Assembly: GCA_951406725.2 (NCBI GenBank)
Contig: OX597833.1
Location: 60,450,001-60,514,000 of the forward strand
Direction: 5' to 3'
Length of the DNA stretch: 64,000 nucleotides
Origin: Octopus vulgaris
Lineage: Eukaryota
Part shown: positions 39,481 through 52,462 of the stretch, piece by piece
Numbering within the stretch: position 1 is the first letter of the stretch
How the letters are laid out: each line of letters starts with the position of its first letter
Notes under the pieces: generated by a model
The model's database searches: none
What the model was told of the DNA's origin: nothing
What the model saw: the letters and a program-made list of their open reading frames with translations, nothing else
Made by a program: the position numbers and the translations under genes

Positions 39481-39654
39481 TGGGCTTTTTGTCGGTTTCT
39501 GTTTAGCAAATCCATTCACAAGGCTTTATAAGGAGCCACTGGCCCAAAGTGCCACACAATGGGACTGAACTTAAACCACATGGTTAGGAAGCAAATTTCT
39601 TAACCACATATATATATTTCCAAATATACTAAATGGATATAAACATAATATATA

Positions 39655-39859
39655 TGGGGTACCGACTTGAAGAATTTTAGCTGAACAAATCAACCTCAAT
39701 ACTTATTACTTTTGCTGTAAAGCCTGGTAGTTATTCTATTAGACCCTTTTGCCAAACTGGGGACATAAACAAACCAACACCAGTTGACAAGTAGTGGTGG
39801 TAGTGGACAAACACTGACACAGACACACATATATATATATATATATGTTAAATGATGAT

Positions 39860-39892
<33 letters not shown>

Positions 39893-40043
39893 GGCTTCTT
39901 TCAGTTTCCGTCTACCAAATCCACTCATGAGGCTTGGGTCAGCCCAAGGCTATAGTAGAAGACAATTACCCAAGGTACCACGCAGTGAGACTGAACCTAG
40001 AATCATGTAGTTGGGAAGCAAATTTCTTACTACCAAGCCATGC
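39655..40043 (-). mobile_element. SINE family B1
   Basis: Reverse-complement match; an additional head fragment lies at 39490-39608. Confidence 0.78.
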
Positions 40044-41272
40044 TCTAAAGTCCTGAAATTCCATAGATCTGTGATCAAAGGTGGTAGAATTATAAAAAAA
40101 AACATCTGATCTTGAGTTTAGACAATATTTAGGACTACATTACCTACTATGTCCTTCTTTTTTTGAGGTCTTAGAGTGTGATTAAACAGAATTGGCTGCT
40201 ATTTCTAGCATGATGGTTTATTTACTTCTTCACCTCTTAACATTAATTGTGGCGCAGTTTTAACCTCTGTGAACTTAAGTGGAAATGTTTTAACCTGGGT
40301 TAACTTACTATGGTTATTTTAAGCTCTGTTTTAAATATTCGTTAACCCATAGGGATTTAGTGGGGTTTCTGTAAGGAAATATCGGAGATAAGGAGGAGGA
40401 GTTTGGGTGGGGTAGAACTTATACACGTTAGAATTAAGAGTACGTGTAACAAAAATAAGAAGAAAAACAAATAAAAAAAGGTATGAGGAAATTCAATCAG
40501 ATGCAGGCAATGCCAGTAAGTAAGAGCTGTAGAAGATATTGGTCGAAAACAAGCAGTCTAACAGTTTACTAACAACGTAAACTGCACTGAAGCAAGCTAC
40601 TATTTCTGACTGAGAAGACGTAAAAAGCTAAGGTTATGACAGGATATTACCAAAATAAATTATTTCTATTACCTAAATAAACAACTAACACTGTTACTTT
40701 GTCAACAACAACTTGCCGTAGTTGTGGTGGTGTAGGGTGGGGGGGGGGGGAGAAAAAAAAACAAACCTAAAATGACCGGTTTGGATTTAAACACACACAC
40801 ACACACACACACATACACACAGAAAAAGGAAATGAGATTTGAAAAATAAAAAGAAATCACAATTACTATCTGCAGAGGACATGATGAGTCAACGAGGGAA
40901 CCTCTTGGTGGTTGCTCACTATGCAAGAAACTGCAGCCAAACCACCCTCAAATTACACACTACCATCTCAAAAAAAAACGGAAGGACATAATGAATAGTG
41001 TTGTCTAAAGTGCACCAGAGCCAAGAAAGTATGGGTAGTCGTGGCTGGAATAGTTTTGATTAGAAATTTGCTCAGTGAAGGCTGACTGGGACTAAGCAAC
41101 AACAGAATATATTGACCCACAAATAGGGAACCAATAAGTGTTGTTGTTTAGTCCCAGTCAGCCCTGACAGAACAGACCTATGATTAAAGACATTCCAGCC
41201 ATGACCATTTCTTATTAAAACAGCATACCTTGGACTACATTATCAAACATCCTTAAGATTGCACAATATGAC

Positions 41273-41588
41273 ATTCATCATCATCATCATCATCTTCGTT
41301 TAGCATCCGCTTTCCATGCTGGCATGGGTTGGACGGTTTAACTGGGGTCTGGGAAGCCAGGAGGCTGCACCGGGCCCAGTCTGATCTGGCAATGTTTCTA
41401 CAGCTGGATGCCCTTCCTAACGCCAACCACTCCATGAGTGTAATGGGTGCTTTTTACGTGCCACCGGCACAGGTGTCAGACGAGGCTGGCAAACGGCCAT
41501 GATCTGATGGTGCTTTTTACGTGCCACCGGCACGGGGGCCAGGCGAGGCTTACAATGGCCATGATCGGATGGTGCTTTTTACGTGCCT
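41273..41588 (-). mobile_element. RTE 3' UTR fragment (family C)
   Basis: (CAT)n tail and three ggtgctttttacgtgcc units. Confidence 0.82.
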
Positions 41589-41862
41589 CTATGTTAGTGT
41601 TATCACATGGACTGAAGAAAGAGAGAGTGGAGTCTGGCAATGCCACACAATTTACAAAACAATAATATGGACTCTAGAAATTATACAATTAACGTTCTGT
41701 GTTAAATGGAATTAAATGGATGAAGTACTATGTGGCGCTGCCTTTCCACACACATCTATGCTCTGCTGGCATCCCATACTGAATATACTGGGGATGGTTA
41801 ATGCATCGGCACCCAATGGTGTCACACTGTTTATTGTGGGATATTAAGATATTAGCACCTCA

Positions 41863-42079
41863 GGCGAGCTGGCAGAATCGTTAGCACGTCGGGCGAAATG
41901 CTTAGCAGTATTTCGTCTGCCGTTAGGTTCTGAGTTCAAATTCCGCCGAGGTCGACTTTACCTTTCATCCTTTCGGGGTTGATTAAATAAGTACCAGTTA
42001 CACACTGGGGTCGATATAATCGTCTTAATTCCTTTGTCTGTCCTCTCTTTGTTTAGCCCCTTGTGGCCAGTAAAGAAAT
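41863..42079 (+). mobile_element. SINE family A monomer
   Basis: 16-bp TSD AGATATTAGCACCTCA at 41847-41862 and 42080-42095. Confidence 0.92.
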
Positions 42080-42349
42080 AGATATTAGCACCTCACAGAT
42101 GTAGTAGGGGGCGGTTACCATATTTCTTTTGAAACACACTGCCTTTGTTTTGAGTAATTTTGAAAAGAACGAAAAACTCAGTAAAATAACATCGTCAAAC
42201 CAAAATATAGGAAACAAATTAAGAAATTTTGAGGGAAGGTCTTAATTTAGATCACTTTTAAACAGGAAGTTTACGCCATAGAACCAAGAGCAGTCTCAGG
42301 TGGTTTGGTATCAAAAGAGTTAAGGCTATTAATTACACTACTCGCTGGT

Positions 42350-42755
42350 ATGTCTCTCAAGTTCAAATCTACAGCTGGATAGAACACTTCATTCCTTATT
42401 AGCTCAGTTGCCAGTGAAGTAACAGTCATTTGAGAATGTTATTTCCTATCCCAAGGAAGAATTCTCCCACTTCAGCCTCACACTACATGCTGGTGTGTCT
42501 GGAGTTCAGATCTACAGCTGGATAAAACACTTCATTCTTTATTGCCTCAGTTGCCAGTGAAGTAACAGTCATCTGAGAATGCTATTTCCTATCCCAAGGA
42601 AGAATTCTCACACTACTTGCCAAAGTGTCTCAAGTTCAAATCTACAGCTGGATAGAGCACTTCGTTCCTTATCATCTCAGTTGTCAGTGAAGTAACAGTC
42701 ATTTGAGAATGTTATTTCCTATCCCGGGGAAGAATTCTCCCACTTCATCCTTGCA
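42350..42755. repeat. Three-copy tandem repeat, periods 143 and 130 bp
   Basis: gttcaRatctacagctggata...ctcagttgYcagtgaagtaacagtcat...gaagaattctc recurs at 42361, 42504 and 42634. Confidence 0.92.
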
Positions 42756-43339
42756 CAGTGGAACAAGGGTTAGATATATGGCTCCTAAATGCTCTCCTGC
42801 CACAGCTACAAAGATATTTATGTAATTGGTGACCTCTACCACTTCACTGACCCTTATTTCAGCCAACCAAACAGGGGGCCTTCAGAGTTTGTGCCTTAGG
42901 CTACATAACACAGCAACAGACACTAGTTTGGTACCCAATGGACCCATTAGAATTAATTACATTAACAAAAAGAGAATGGGAGAGAGAGATCTAAAATGGA
43001 TGGTAGTTCTTCTCCACAGACGAAGAACCTGCTATAAGGATTTCAATAATGGAAAGAAAGGAAAGAGCAACACTTTCCAATGATAATTTAACATTGAAGA
43101 TTTTTTTCTTTTCTTTTTTTTTTTTTCAAATAAAAAAAAAAATTACTATGTATGTGTGGGAGGGAGGGAGGAGGGAGGGGTGGGGGGATAATGGTAAGAA
43201 GAAACAACAAATGTGTTGGTACAATAGAAAAGAAGAACAAGTAGATCAGTAAGCCAACAATAATAACAAGAGATAAAAAAGAAAAAAAAAGAAAAGAAAA
43301 AAACAACATAATATCTGGCTGACTGCCACATATGGATGG

Positions 43340-43636
43340 CAGTAGCAGCAGCAGCGGTAGCAACGGCAGCAGCAGCAGCAGACAGAAGCTATGAATGACT
43401 TCACACTACACAACTTCTCCAGCCATTGAATAAATAGTGGGAGGTTGAAGTATCTTGCAGAGGAGTTCATTGACTGTACTGCTGCTGCTGCTGCTGTTAC
43501 TACTACTACTACTACTACTACAACTACTACCACTACTACTACTACTACTGCCATTGCTGCTGCTGCTGCTGCTGCTACTAGCATTGGTGGCGGCGGTGGA
43601 GGTGGCGGTGGTGGTTTCTGTTTTGATTGCTTGCTG

Positions 43637-43672
<36 letters not shown>
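43340..43672. repeat. Cluster of trinucleotide (CAG, GCT, CTA, GGY) and (TG)n microsatellites
   Basis: Directly visible. Confidence 0.9.
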
Positions 43673-43674
<2 letters not shown>

Positions 43675-44294
43675 AGTCTGTACCTAATCTGTTTTCAACA
43701 TTTAGTTCAGCCATGAACTAAATTGTAAAACAGAACAGTAGCTACTAACAGAGGCGCTTCTTACACCAAGAACTAGCACTGACAACTACAGAGAAACAAC
43801 AACAACAATAATAATAATGAAGAAGATACTCCTTTTCTACCATAATACACACAAGGCCTGTGTCATTTGGAGGGAAGAAAATAGTCGATTTACATCGACT
43901 CCAGTGGTTCAATCATCATCATTTACCATCCGTTTTCCATACTGGCATGGGTTGGACAGTTCACAGTTCAACAGGAACTGGCAAGTCCGGAAGATTGCAC
44001 CAAGTTCTGCTGTTTATTTTTGGCACGATTCCTATGGCTGGATGCCCTTCCAAACACAAACCACCTTACCCCCCTGGGTGATTTTTTTTTGGTTTTTTTT
44101 CTTAGTGGAACCAGCAGCAGAGGGTCACCAAATAATTTGCAGGACAAGACACTTCAACTTGAGGGAGGAGTGGCATGGAGGGACAGGGAAAAAAAAAATA
44201 TGTCTTGCATTAGAAGAGGGACAATGGCTACCTCAGATGGAAAGAGAAGAGAGGGAGAAGGTGAAGACATGATGGGGAGGGTGAGGGTCCATAC

Positions 44295-44519
44295 CTATTT
44301 TTTACTACCCACAAGGGGCTAAACACAGAGAGGACAAACAAGGACAGACAAACGGATTAAGTCGATTATATCGACCCCAGTGCGTAACTGGTACTTAATT
44401 TATCGACCTCGAAAGGATGAAAGGCAAAGTCGACCGTGGCGGAATTTGAACTCAGAACATAACGACAGACGAAATACGGCTACGCATTTCGCCCGGCATG
44501 CTAACATTTCTGCCAGCTC
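44295..44519 (-). mobile_element. SINE family A monomer
   Basis: 14-bp TSD GTGAGGGTCCATAC at 44281-44294 and 44520-44533. Confidence 0.92.
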
Positions 44520-44737
44520 GTGAGGGTCCATACATCCATGTTACAGGTGTATAGCGTGGACTAGGGATGGGAGAGAATGAGTAGGAGGGTGAGTTCACAA
44601 GATTGCAAAAGGAGAGTGAGAACTGGTGAGGAGAAATGTATTGAGTGGGCACAGGTAGAGGGAGGGAGTATCAGGAAGGAAGGCTGAAGGGGAGAGATTC
44701 AACAGGTACATATTGTGTGCAGGTAGGTACATGAGGG

Positions 44738-44965
44738 TGGCAAGCTGGCAGAATCGTAAGCACGCCGGGCGAAATGCGTAGCCATATTTCATCTGCTGTT
44801 ACATTCTGAGTTCAAATTCCGCCGAGGTCGACTTTGCCTTTCATCCTTTCAGGGTTGATTAAATAAGTACCAGATGCACACTGGGATCGATATAATCGAC
44901 TTAATCCGTTTGTCTGACCTTGTTTGTCCCCTCTGTGTTTAGCCCCTTGTGGGTAGTAAAGAAAT
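44738..44965 (+). mobile_element. SINE family A monomer
   Basis: 17-bp TSD AGGTAGGTACATGAGGG at 44721-44737 and 44966-44982. Confidence 0.92.
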
Positions 44966-45642
44966 AGGTAGGTACATGAGGGAGAATGGAAAAGAGGGAA
45001 AAACTGGTGGTGCAACCTTGGAAAAATGAAAAGGAAAGCTGACCTCAGCAGAATTTGAACTCAGCAAGTAAAGACAGATGAAGTGCTGCTAATCATTTTG
45101 TCTGGCATGCTAACACTTCTGCTACTTTATTGCCTTAATAATAATAATAATAACAACAATAATAATGGCTTCAAATTTTGGCACAAGGCCAGCAATTATA
45201 GGGGAAGTGGGTTAGTTGAAAAGCATGAAGACCAAAATTGACCTTAGTAAGATCTGAATGCAAATGTGAACAAATACAAGGCATTTTCCCAATGCTCTAA
45301 CAATTCTGGCACTTTTAATGCTTTGGGTGGTGATAATTATTTCTTCCAGTGGCACAAGGGACCCAAGACAGTGGGGGATAACAACAGATTGTTTTATAAC
45401 ATACCCTAAAAAAAAAAAAAAAAAACAGTGTATCCTGAAATACCAAAAACTCGTTTTTTTCTATCAATCTACAGCCATATAGTCAATGTGAACCCATTTA
45501 GTAATGCTGTGCCACTCTCATCCACCTTTCAAAACAGTTTATTGGAGGGCTTCACTTCCCTCTATACCTGCATTTTCTTCCTCAAGTTGAACACGAAAAA
45601 GCCAAAGAGGGCTTGACCAGAGAGGAAAACTTCTGGCCTTAA

Positions 45643-45836
45643 CCCTTTAGCATTTAGATTACTCTGCCAAATATAATGCTTATCTATTCACGCTGTATTG
45701 AATTAATTGTGTGTTACCTTGTAGCTTTGAGATTTCGATACTCTGATTGCTTATTTTTAGAATGATGTGTGAAGGACCAGATCTAATAGTTTTAACATAG
45801 AACAGGTATAATATACGACTGGTTGAAATGCTAAAG
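45643..45836. mobile_element. piggyBac-type MITE P1 (right end degraded)
   Basis: TTAA|CCCTTTAGCATTTAGATTACTCTG...; body matches the 24635 copy. Confidence 0.7.
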
Positions 45837-46014
45837 CAAGGCAGTGAGTTGATCCTCATGATACACTCAACAGCTGTTATGAATCCAGTTGATATAAATC
45901 TGTAACTTAAGAAATCCCAGACACTGAATAAGTGCCTGCTAAACAGTTTCATCTTTTTGTGCATATCTCGACTGCTTGCAGTTCCAACATGGACATGGAA
46001 TATCCATATGTCCA

Positions 46015-46397
46015 TATTGGAATCTGTGGAAGAGGTAGCCCCAAGAAGATGTGGGACAAGATGGTGAAATATGATCTTCGGATGTTGAATCTCATGGAGG
46101 AAAGGACAAGTGACTAAAACTTTTTAGCGATTTGCTGAGCTTGAGAAGTCACATCAAACTAAGTGAAATCATAGCTGTGGCCGGTGCTGGTGACATGTGA
46201 AAGGCACCTGTGCCAGTCACACATAAAAGGCACCCAGTACACTCTGTAGATTGGCTGGCATCAAGGAAGGGCATCCACCCATAGAAACCACACCAAAACA
46301 GATTTGAGCCTAGTGCAACTCTCCAGCTTACCAGCTCCAGCCAAACCATCTTACCCATTCCAGCATGGAAAAGGAACACGGAATGATGATGATGATG
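46015..46397 (+). mobile_element. 5'-truncated RTE LINE end
   Basis: GICGRGSPKKMWDKMVKYDLRMLNL, then family C UTR and (GAT)n. Confidence 0.8.
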
Positions 46398-48135
46398 AAA
46401 TAAAAACACTTCTGTAGCAGTACAAAAGGAAAGACTTTTGGAAATTGTCCATAACCTGAAACCTGAGAACACTCAGATCTTCTTCATTTGCAACCAGAAT
46501 CACTTCCAGGTCATCATTGCTCACATCCTCTATAAAATGTAACAGTTGACTTTCCAGCTGGTAGAGCAAAAGTTCCAAGCAATATCCCAGATGCCATACT
46601 CCCAACCTTGATCTGTACTTGATCCAAGACTATAATTTAAACAAACAGATGAAAGCTGTATTGCATGAATGGAAACTGTCATTGTCCGCATGCTTGTGTC
46701 TCGATAGCCTCGGCCTTCACAGACACTCCTTAGAGTGGTTGTAGGGAGCAGATGTACCTCTTGATTAGTAGAATCCATCTCTTCTGCAACAATTAAAAGA
46801 GGTACACTCTAGTCGAGTAAGATATTACCTGGAGCAGGGAACGATGATTAGGCTTTGGTACACCACAAAGGCAATGGAGATACAACTACATACATCCAAC
46901 CTTTCAGGACAAGCTTCTTCTCCACCCTTTCTGAGACTGCCCAACCCGCTCATGACCACTTCTCAAACTTCTACTCTATAGTACACATCCTCTATATAAT
47001 GTGACAGTTGGCTTTTTAGCTGGTAGAGCACAAGTTCCCGACAATATCCCAGATGCCATACTCCCAACCTTGGCCGTGTATCTCCTTTAAAACAAGACAC
47101 CTGGGCAGTCCTCTGTCATACTTTTTGGCCCATCAACACCTGGTATACAACCATCAACCCACATTTTCAATATCCTCTCCCCTTAATAGTCAAGACTTTT
47201 TCCTTTTCCTTCTCCTGCTCTTTCATGTCTCACAAGTTACCTGGTGACTTCACTAATGCTAGTGGCACAAAAAATAAACCAATACACACAATAAAGTGGA
47301 TGGCATTAGGAAGGGCATCCAGCCATAGAAAGTCTGCCAAAGCTGACATTGGAGCATGATGCAGTCCGGTGGCTCACTGGATCCTGTCAAACTGTCCAAC
47401 CCATGCCAGCATGGAAAATGAACATTAAATGATGATGATGATGATGTTGATGGGGACAATGATAATGGTGACACTGATGACTAAATCCCATGATATTCTT
47501 TCCAGCAACAAGAGCACATTACAAAAGTTTATTTGCTATATTTCTTTCTGAACGCCTGAACTTACTCATCCCCAAAAGGTTAAGACAAAGTGGCCACAAA
47601 ACAAACAAAAAAAAACAACAAAAACAAACAAACAAACAAAGGGACTACTACGCTAGAGCAGATACTTCCTTGTCTGAAACTCCTATACACTGATTTGGAG
47701 ACACTTTTTAGAAACTATCACTGCCCAGTCTTTGGTGAGACATACGTGGCATCTCGCAGACAAATCTTGCTGTCAAGTGTTCTCAACCACTTCAGACTAA
47801 AGCAGCTCTTAACCTCAAACACATCTGAAGTCTGTTTCTTTATTTAGAGAGAGAAGACCATCAACAGTTAACCTGACTGCAGCATCATCATCATCATCAC
47901 CACCACCACCACCACCACCTTAATGTCCATGAACACACTACTGTTTCTCTGCATTATCTCACCCAAAAAGACTTAGCTTATCTGATTTACCTCGTTCCCA
48001 TGTCTCCCTCAACCCAACTCAAACACACACACATTACTACAACACTTAACATCCAATGTAGCCATCAACCAATGTTTCTTATGGGTAGTCACTTCAAATG
48101 TCCATTGTCCAGTTTGTGTTTCACATCCTGTTCAC

Positions 48136-48174
<39 letters not shown>

Positions 48175-48502
48175 TTACTCTACCTACATCATGGTCAAAC
48201 AGCACTGCATTTTCACATACACACATACACAGAATTAATAATTACAATTGAATTCTGACACATTGACACACTAACAATTCATAAGCTGAGCAGGAAGCAA
48301 CACACCTCTACCACTACCACCACCTTCCCTGCTGTCACACACACACAAGGGAACCATCTAGAACAATTAATTTTCAGAAAATATATTCTACCCTCTTCAA
48401 AAGCAACTAAAATTATTCAGGATGGAATTAAACTGAACCAATTACTGCAAACCAAATATTTCTATAACAAGATGCCAGAATATCGTTGTTTAGCCTCACA
48501 AT

Positions 48503-48865
48503 GTGAAGGTACATGGTTTAGTAGTTAGAGCAGTGGTTTTTCAACCAGGGTTCCGCCAGTTCAGTCCAGGGGTTCCGCAAGAAGTTACAAAAATGCTAAA
48601 ATCAACAGTAATTTTTAATTCTCCTGTGCAGATATGTGTGCATAGGACAATTAAATTATTGCACAGGGGTTCCTCAAGCCAGTGAAATGTTTTCTTGGGG
48701 TTCCGCTCCAGCAAAAAGTTTGAAAAGCACTGGGTTAGAGTGTTGGACTCGTGATTGTAAGATTCTCGTTTCCATTCCTGGACCAGATGATGTGTTGTGT
48801 TCTTAAGTAAAACATTGCATTTCATGCTGCTCCAGTCCACTCAGCTGGTAAAAATGAGTAATTCT
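48503..48865 (+). mobile_element. Family D-like SINE carrying nested insertions
   Basis: Head gtgaaggtacatggtttagtagttagag is split by a hAT MITE and continues at 48733-48865. Confidence 0.7.
48531..48732. mobile_element. hAT MITE, second copy (opposite orientation to 7689-7907)
   Basis: CAGTGGTTTTTCAA...TTGAAAAGCACTG; TSD agttagag / ggttagag. Confidence 0.9.
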
Positions 48866-49271
48866 TATTTCTTTATTGCCCACAAGGGGTTAAACACAGA
48901 GGGGACAAACAAGGACAGACAAAGGAATTAAGTCGATTGCATCAACCCCAGTACGCAACTGGTACTTAATTTATCAACCCCGAAAGGATGAAAGGTAAAG
49001 TCGACCTCGGTGGAATTTGAACTCAGAACGTAACGGCAGACGAAATACCTATTTCTTTACTACCCACAAGGGGCTTAACACAGAGAGGACAAACAAGGAC
49101 AGACAAATGGATTAAGTCGATTATATCGAGCCCAGTACTTATTTAATCGACCCCGAAAGGATGAAAGGCAAAGTTGACCTCGGCGGAATTTGAACTCAGA
49201 ACGTAACGGCAGACGAAATACCGCTAAGCATTTCGTCCGGTATGCTAACGTTTCTGCCAACTCGCCGCCTT
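48866..49271 (-). mobile_element. SINE family A head-to-tail dimer
   Basis: 14-bp TSD AAATGAGTAATTCT at 48852-48865 and 49272-49285 encloses both monomers. Confidence 0.9.
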
Positions 49272-50109
49272 AAATGAGTAATTCTGCCACAGACCAGTGT
49301 CTTGATCAGGAAGGAACATATATGCCAGAGAAAGAAGTCCTATGCTCTTTATGGAGTAGACTAACCATCAACCTCACTACATCATCTCCTGTCTTTCCTT
49401 ACTGTTGCTGTTTAACTCCAGGACAGCCTTGACCCAACAAACCTAAGAAAACATCCCACCTTTTCCTATTAACTTGAGAGGCAGGAGTAACTAAGTGTGC
49501 CTGGTGTTCGCCCACCCAACCTGGGTGACAGGGCTAACTAGATGCATTTAGTATGACAAGTGTTCAGATTGCACCACTACAGTTCAGCAATTAGATGGTG
49601 TGATGGTTGTAGGAGTAACAGGATTGTGTATGTAGCATGAATGGACAAGAGGAGTGCAATGGGTAAAGTCGGGAGGAGATGCAACCGATGAAAAGCAGAG
49701 ACCATTGCAGGTAGAGTAAATATAGAGTGGACACAGCATAAATCAGAAGAACTGCAATAAATTTAAACAATACAAAGTCTGACAGTGATAACAAATTAAT
49801 CATGCTTTTCAGAGCAAAAAAAAAAAACACAAAAAAAAAACAAAAACAAAAGAGTCTGCTGATGAAGCACTTCACAATTTGCTGACCACTCCTTAAAGAG
49901 AAAATGTACCCAGCTTCCTCCCGCAATTAACAACAGATCATCTGTCATCTAAAACACTCCTCCCAAAATTTCAGTAGAGGTTTGCCATAATTGTTCCAAG
50001 TCCTCTAATGAACACCATTAGAATAGTATTTACAATCTTGAATGGTAATGTGAAAGCATACTACAGAACTATAAATATATATATATATATATATATATAG
50101 TAAATTATA

Positions 50110-50432
50110 AAGGCGCGTGGCTCAGTGGTTAGATCGTGAGGTTGTGAGCTCGAATCCCGGACTGGGCTGCGTGTTGTGTTCTTGAGCAAGACGTTTTATT
50201 TCACGTTGCTCCAGTTCACTCAGCTGTAGAAATGAGTTGCGACGTCACAGGTGCCAAGCTGTATTGGGCCCCTTTGCCTTTCCTTTGGATAACATCGGTG
50301 GCGTGGAAAGGGGAGGCTGGTATGCATGGGCGACTGCTGGTCTTCCATAAAAAACAACCTTGCCCAGACTTGTGCCTCAGAGGGTAACTCTCTAGGTGCA
50401 AGCCCATGGTCAGTGCCTGACCGAAGGGGGTC
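50110..50432 (+). mobile_element. SINE family D
   Basis: Close match to 31769-32082; CpG-rich, probably young. Confidence 0.88.
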
Positions 50433-51218
50433 ACAATATTTTGAGATGGCCTTTTTTTTTTTGTTTTTTGCCAGATAAACACACCCACTATATATATTCA
50501 TTCTTCACTTCAGGTTTATCTTTGTTCTTATTTTATGTCCTTTGCCTGGAAATCTTTCATCACACATACTGTGACCTCTTCAGCGACTCTCCATTGCTTC
50601 TAAACAAAGGGCATAAAGAACTATTATAAGAACAGCAACAAATCTGAAGTGAAGAACAAATAGTGCATGTTTTTATTTGGCATGAACAAATTTTTAAAAT
50701 GACCATCCCAAAATATAACAATATCCATTTCAACACATGATTTCACATCAGGAATCTTGTAAAAGAAATACATAAATGTGTGTGTGTGTGTATGTGTGTG
50801 TGTGTGAATGTCATTGCCTGTATGACTGACAACCACCTACAACACACACACACACACACACATTGTGTTTCCTTAACTTGACATCACCTATTTGTTATAA
50901 ACGATTGTTAGTCATACAGGCAGTACCATTCATTTCCAATACTCTGCAAGAACATGTCAGGCCATGGAGATATATATTACCTAGGCTTGAAAGTGAGGGA
51001 GGATTGTCGACAAGAAGGGCGTCTGATTGTAATAAATCTGCCTTGATAAACTCCATCTGACCCATGCAAGCATGGAAAAATGGACATTAAAACAATGATA
51101 ATGATGTTTATATATATATATATATATATATAGAGTAAGTACTGGCCGTCCAACCCGTGCTAGTGCGGAAAACAGACATTAAACGATGATGATGATATAT
51201 ATATATATATATGTACAT

Positions 51219-51615
51219 AGGCGCAGGAGTGGCTGTGTGGTAAGTAGCTTGCTTACCAACCACATGGTTCCCAGTTCAGTCCCACTGTGTGGCAACTTGG
51301 GCAAGCGTCTTCTGCTATAGCCTCGGACCGACCAATGCCTTGTGAGTGGATTTGGTAGACGGAAACTGAAAGAAGCCTGCCGTATATATGTATATATATA
51401 TATGTATGTGTGTGTATATGTTTGTGTGTGTCCCTCTAGCATTGCTTGACAACCGATGCTGGTGTGTTTACGTCCCCGTCACTTAGCGGGTTGGCAAAAG
51501 AGACCGATAGAATAAGTACTGGGCTTACAAAGAATAAGTCCCGGGGTCGATTTGCTCGACTAAAGGCGGTGCTCCAGCATGGCCACAGTCAAATGACTGA
51601 AACAAGTAAAAGAGA
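51219..51615 (+). mobile_element. SINE family B1 (full length)
   Basis: Near-identical to 8355-8768. Confidence 0.9.
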
Positions 51616-52419
51616 AAAAAAAAGAGAATATATATAAACACACAAACACATACTTTGCTTTTAAGAGACTTTCAGTTGGTGCACAGTCCTCAATGTACTC
51701 TGTACTCATTGAGGACTTTGGTATTTTGTACAGAAACAAGTAGCCTCTAAGCCCAGTTACAATAGATACACACACACACATGCATGCACAGATATATACA
51801 CAGAGTGGCTGATAAAGTCTTGTGCAGTTTTAAATGTTGTGCAACTCAAGATCTATGTATGTTTGGATTAGATAAAAACCTGATAAGGCTGAAACAATAC
51901 AAAATGAAATACAAAGTGCACTAGGATACCTTCATTGGTATATGACACATGGAGCAAGGAGAGATGGAACCCACCTCTCATTTCCCAAGGTGTCCTGAAA
52001 AAGGTGTCTTCCGTTTTCACTTTGTATTTCATGTCATACTGTGTCGACCTTATCAAGCTTTTATCTAATGTAATATCACGCAATGCAACACCCTCACTAC
52101 TCAGATTTAATAATAAAATTTATTTTTAAAGAGTATTTTTTTTAAAAAAGTTAAATCTATTTTATCATTATCAAAACAATCATTATTGTTAATTTAATTT
52201 TTAGGAGGTTTAATTATTTTTTCAAACTTATTTCATAGCTTTTCTACGAAACCACAGTCTACAGATGACTTGTAGGCTAATAACTAAGTCAACTAATGTG
52301 ATTCAGTGTATAACTGAAAATCAACTGGTATTTCTTTGAAGCCAAACTGCAAAGTTATGAGGACATGAACAAACCAACACCGTTTGTCAAGTGGTCGTGG
52401 GGACAAACACACACACATA

Positions 52420-52462
<43 letters not shown>

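Noticed and set aside
43246-43687. PolyA/T/G ORFs resembling a transcription-factor low-complexity region
   Set aside because: Adjacent microsatellites with no flanking domain or exon boundaries.
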